Shown piece after piece: positions 63,134-64,000 of a stretch of 64,000 nucleotides of DNA. Within the stretch, counting starts at the first letter, position 1. Each line of letters opens with the position of its first letter. A program made the position numbers and the translations under genes. Source of the stretch: Anthoceros angustus (taxonomy: Eukaryota; Plantae; Anthocerotophyta); the NCBI GenBank assembly GCA_010909165.1, contig MU008192.1, positions 310,001 to 374,000 of the forward strand, given 5' to 3'. Under the pieces are notes generated by a model. It was given only the letters and a program-made list of their open reading frames with translations. It did not search any database and was not told the origin of the DNA.

Positions 63134-63810
63134 CTGTATTCGGTCATCCAGTGATGCAAGAACACCTTGACTTCCATCATGACTAAATCTTTGCCCAGAC
63201 AGCTTCTAGGACCAGTCCAGAATGGCATGAATGTGTGACGCTTTGCGCGTTCCTAACATGCAACCAGCAGAGCATCCGGTTTGTAAAGTCTTGCCTGAAG
63301 TGGTTGAAAAAGTAACAACGGTTGGGGATGGATGGAACTCAAACGCAACAAGCTTACATCGAAACGCGAGGGCTTGAGGTCTTCTAGCTCAGGGTATAGC
63401 TGAGGGTTGTGATGTAAGTCGTGCCAATGTTCCAGACCTTGAAAATGTGCTATCCTGCACAGCATGATTTCAATCGTCCTAGTTAACATACATGAGACTT
63501 CCACCCTTAGTTGCCAGTACTGATAGAACAAGCAAGCTGCGAGGGGAGAAAAGCAGGCGAGTGGACCGTTGAATGTGAAGTCCTGCTTCACAGAACTGAG
63601 GTGCCAAAAAGCCAGAGATGCCACCCTGATCAGAGCGACTCTTCTATCGCCTATACAGCACCAATGGACTTGTTAATTCACCTTGCTGATGAACCTCAAC
63701 TCAGGGTAGAACAGCTAAGGGACAGGATCTCACTGCGGAAGTCGTTGTTGAGTTCTTCCATGTCAGCGGCTCTCCCTCTTGCTCTCTGCTTCTCATAGCC
63801 TGATGTTCAG
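63134..63810 (-). pseudogene. Cytochrome P450 (CYP85-clan-like) pseudogene, C-terminal exons
   Basis: GEPLTW; AIEESL* (TGA in place of the ExxR Arg at 63630-63632); QDFTFNG; LHHNPQLYPE..KPSRFD then intron; FMPFWTGPRSCLGKDL..MEVKVFLHH heme-binding exon. Confidence 0.8.
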
Positions 63811-64000
63811 CCTGCCAAACACGGAGGGCAGATTAGGTCTTGAACATCCACACAGGCAAGCTTGCATCTGAACTCAGTTGTCGCTGATGGTTCAGAAGGA
63901 CAGAAAACTGCATACGACGAGCTGCTGTTTGACATGAGGATGCTCGTGAATGAACTTTGCAACCAAAATGATGGAGTTTGTGAATGTCTCAAATGTTTAT

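Noticed and set aside
63630-63632. P450 stop codon repaired by U-to-C editing
   Set aside because: U-to-C editing is organellar; this is a spliced nuclear gene with additional frameshifts.

Overview
Eukaryotic nuclear DNA from a seed-free land plant, most likely a hornwort (inferred from DYW:KP PPR genes ending in GRP, introns of about 80-170 bp and dense gene packing). 1-16 kb: four paralogous PLS-class PPR genes; the three whose 3' ends lie in the window have E1-E2-DYW:KP domains (KPAVA, HAEKLA, CxxC, GRP/GRS), the class linked to U-to-C organellar RNA editing. All four also carry 1-2 N-terminal copies of a WQQFF..P..WWDNR...PDF..K..GE.LWL...P.WV motif that matches the ssDNA-binding PDF motif of OSB/PTAC9 proteins. 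I know of no description of this fusion, and it is the main candidate for a new system here. 16.5-44 kb: nested TE island with LTR-like remnants, a (GAGTT)n tract, a copia RT fragment, two CRE-like RLE-type LINEs, a LINE ORF1 fragment, telomere-like arrays flanking an orphan O-methyltransferase exon, a non-autonomous Gypsy element with ~2-kb LTRs, a near-pure GC tract and a copia element. 44.3-64 kb: conventional genes (LRAT/NC-domain protein, STN8, PP2C-cNMP-kinase, BOBBER1, secreted-type polyphenol oxidase, P450 pseudogene). Many frameshifts in the multicopy regions may be assembly indels. All calls are by eye from remembered motifs; no searches were run.
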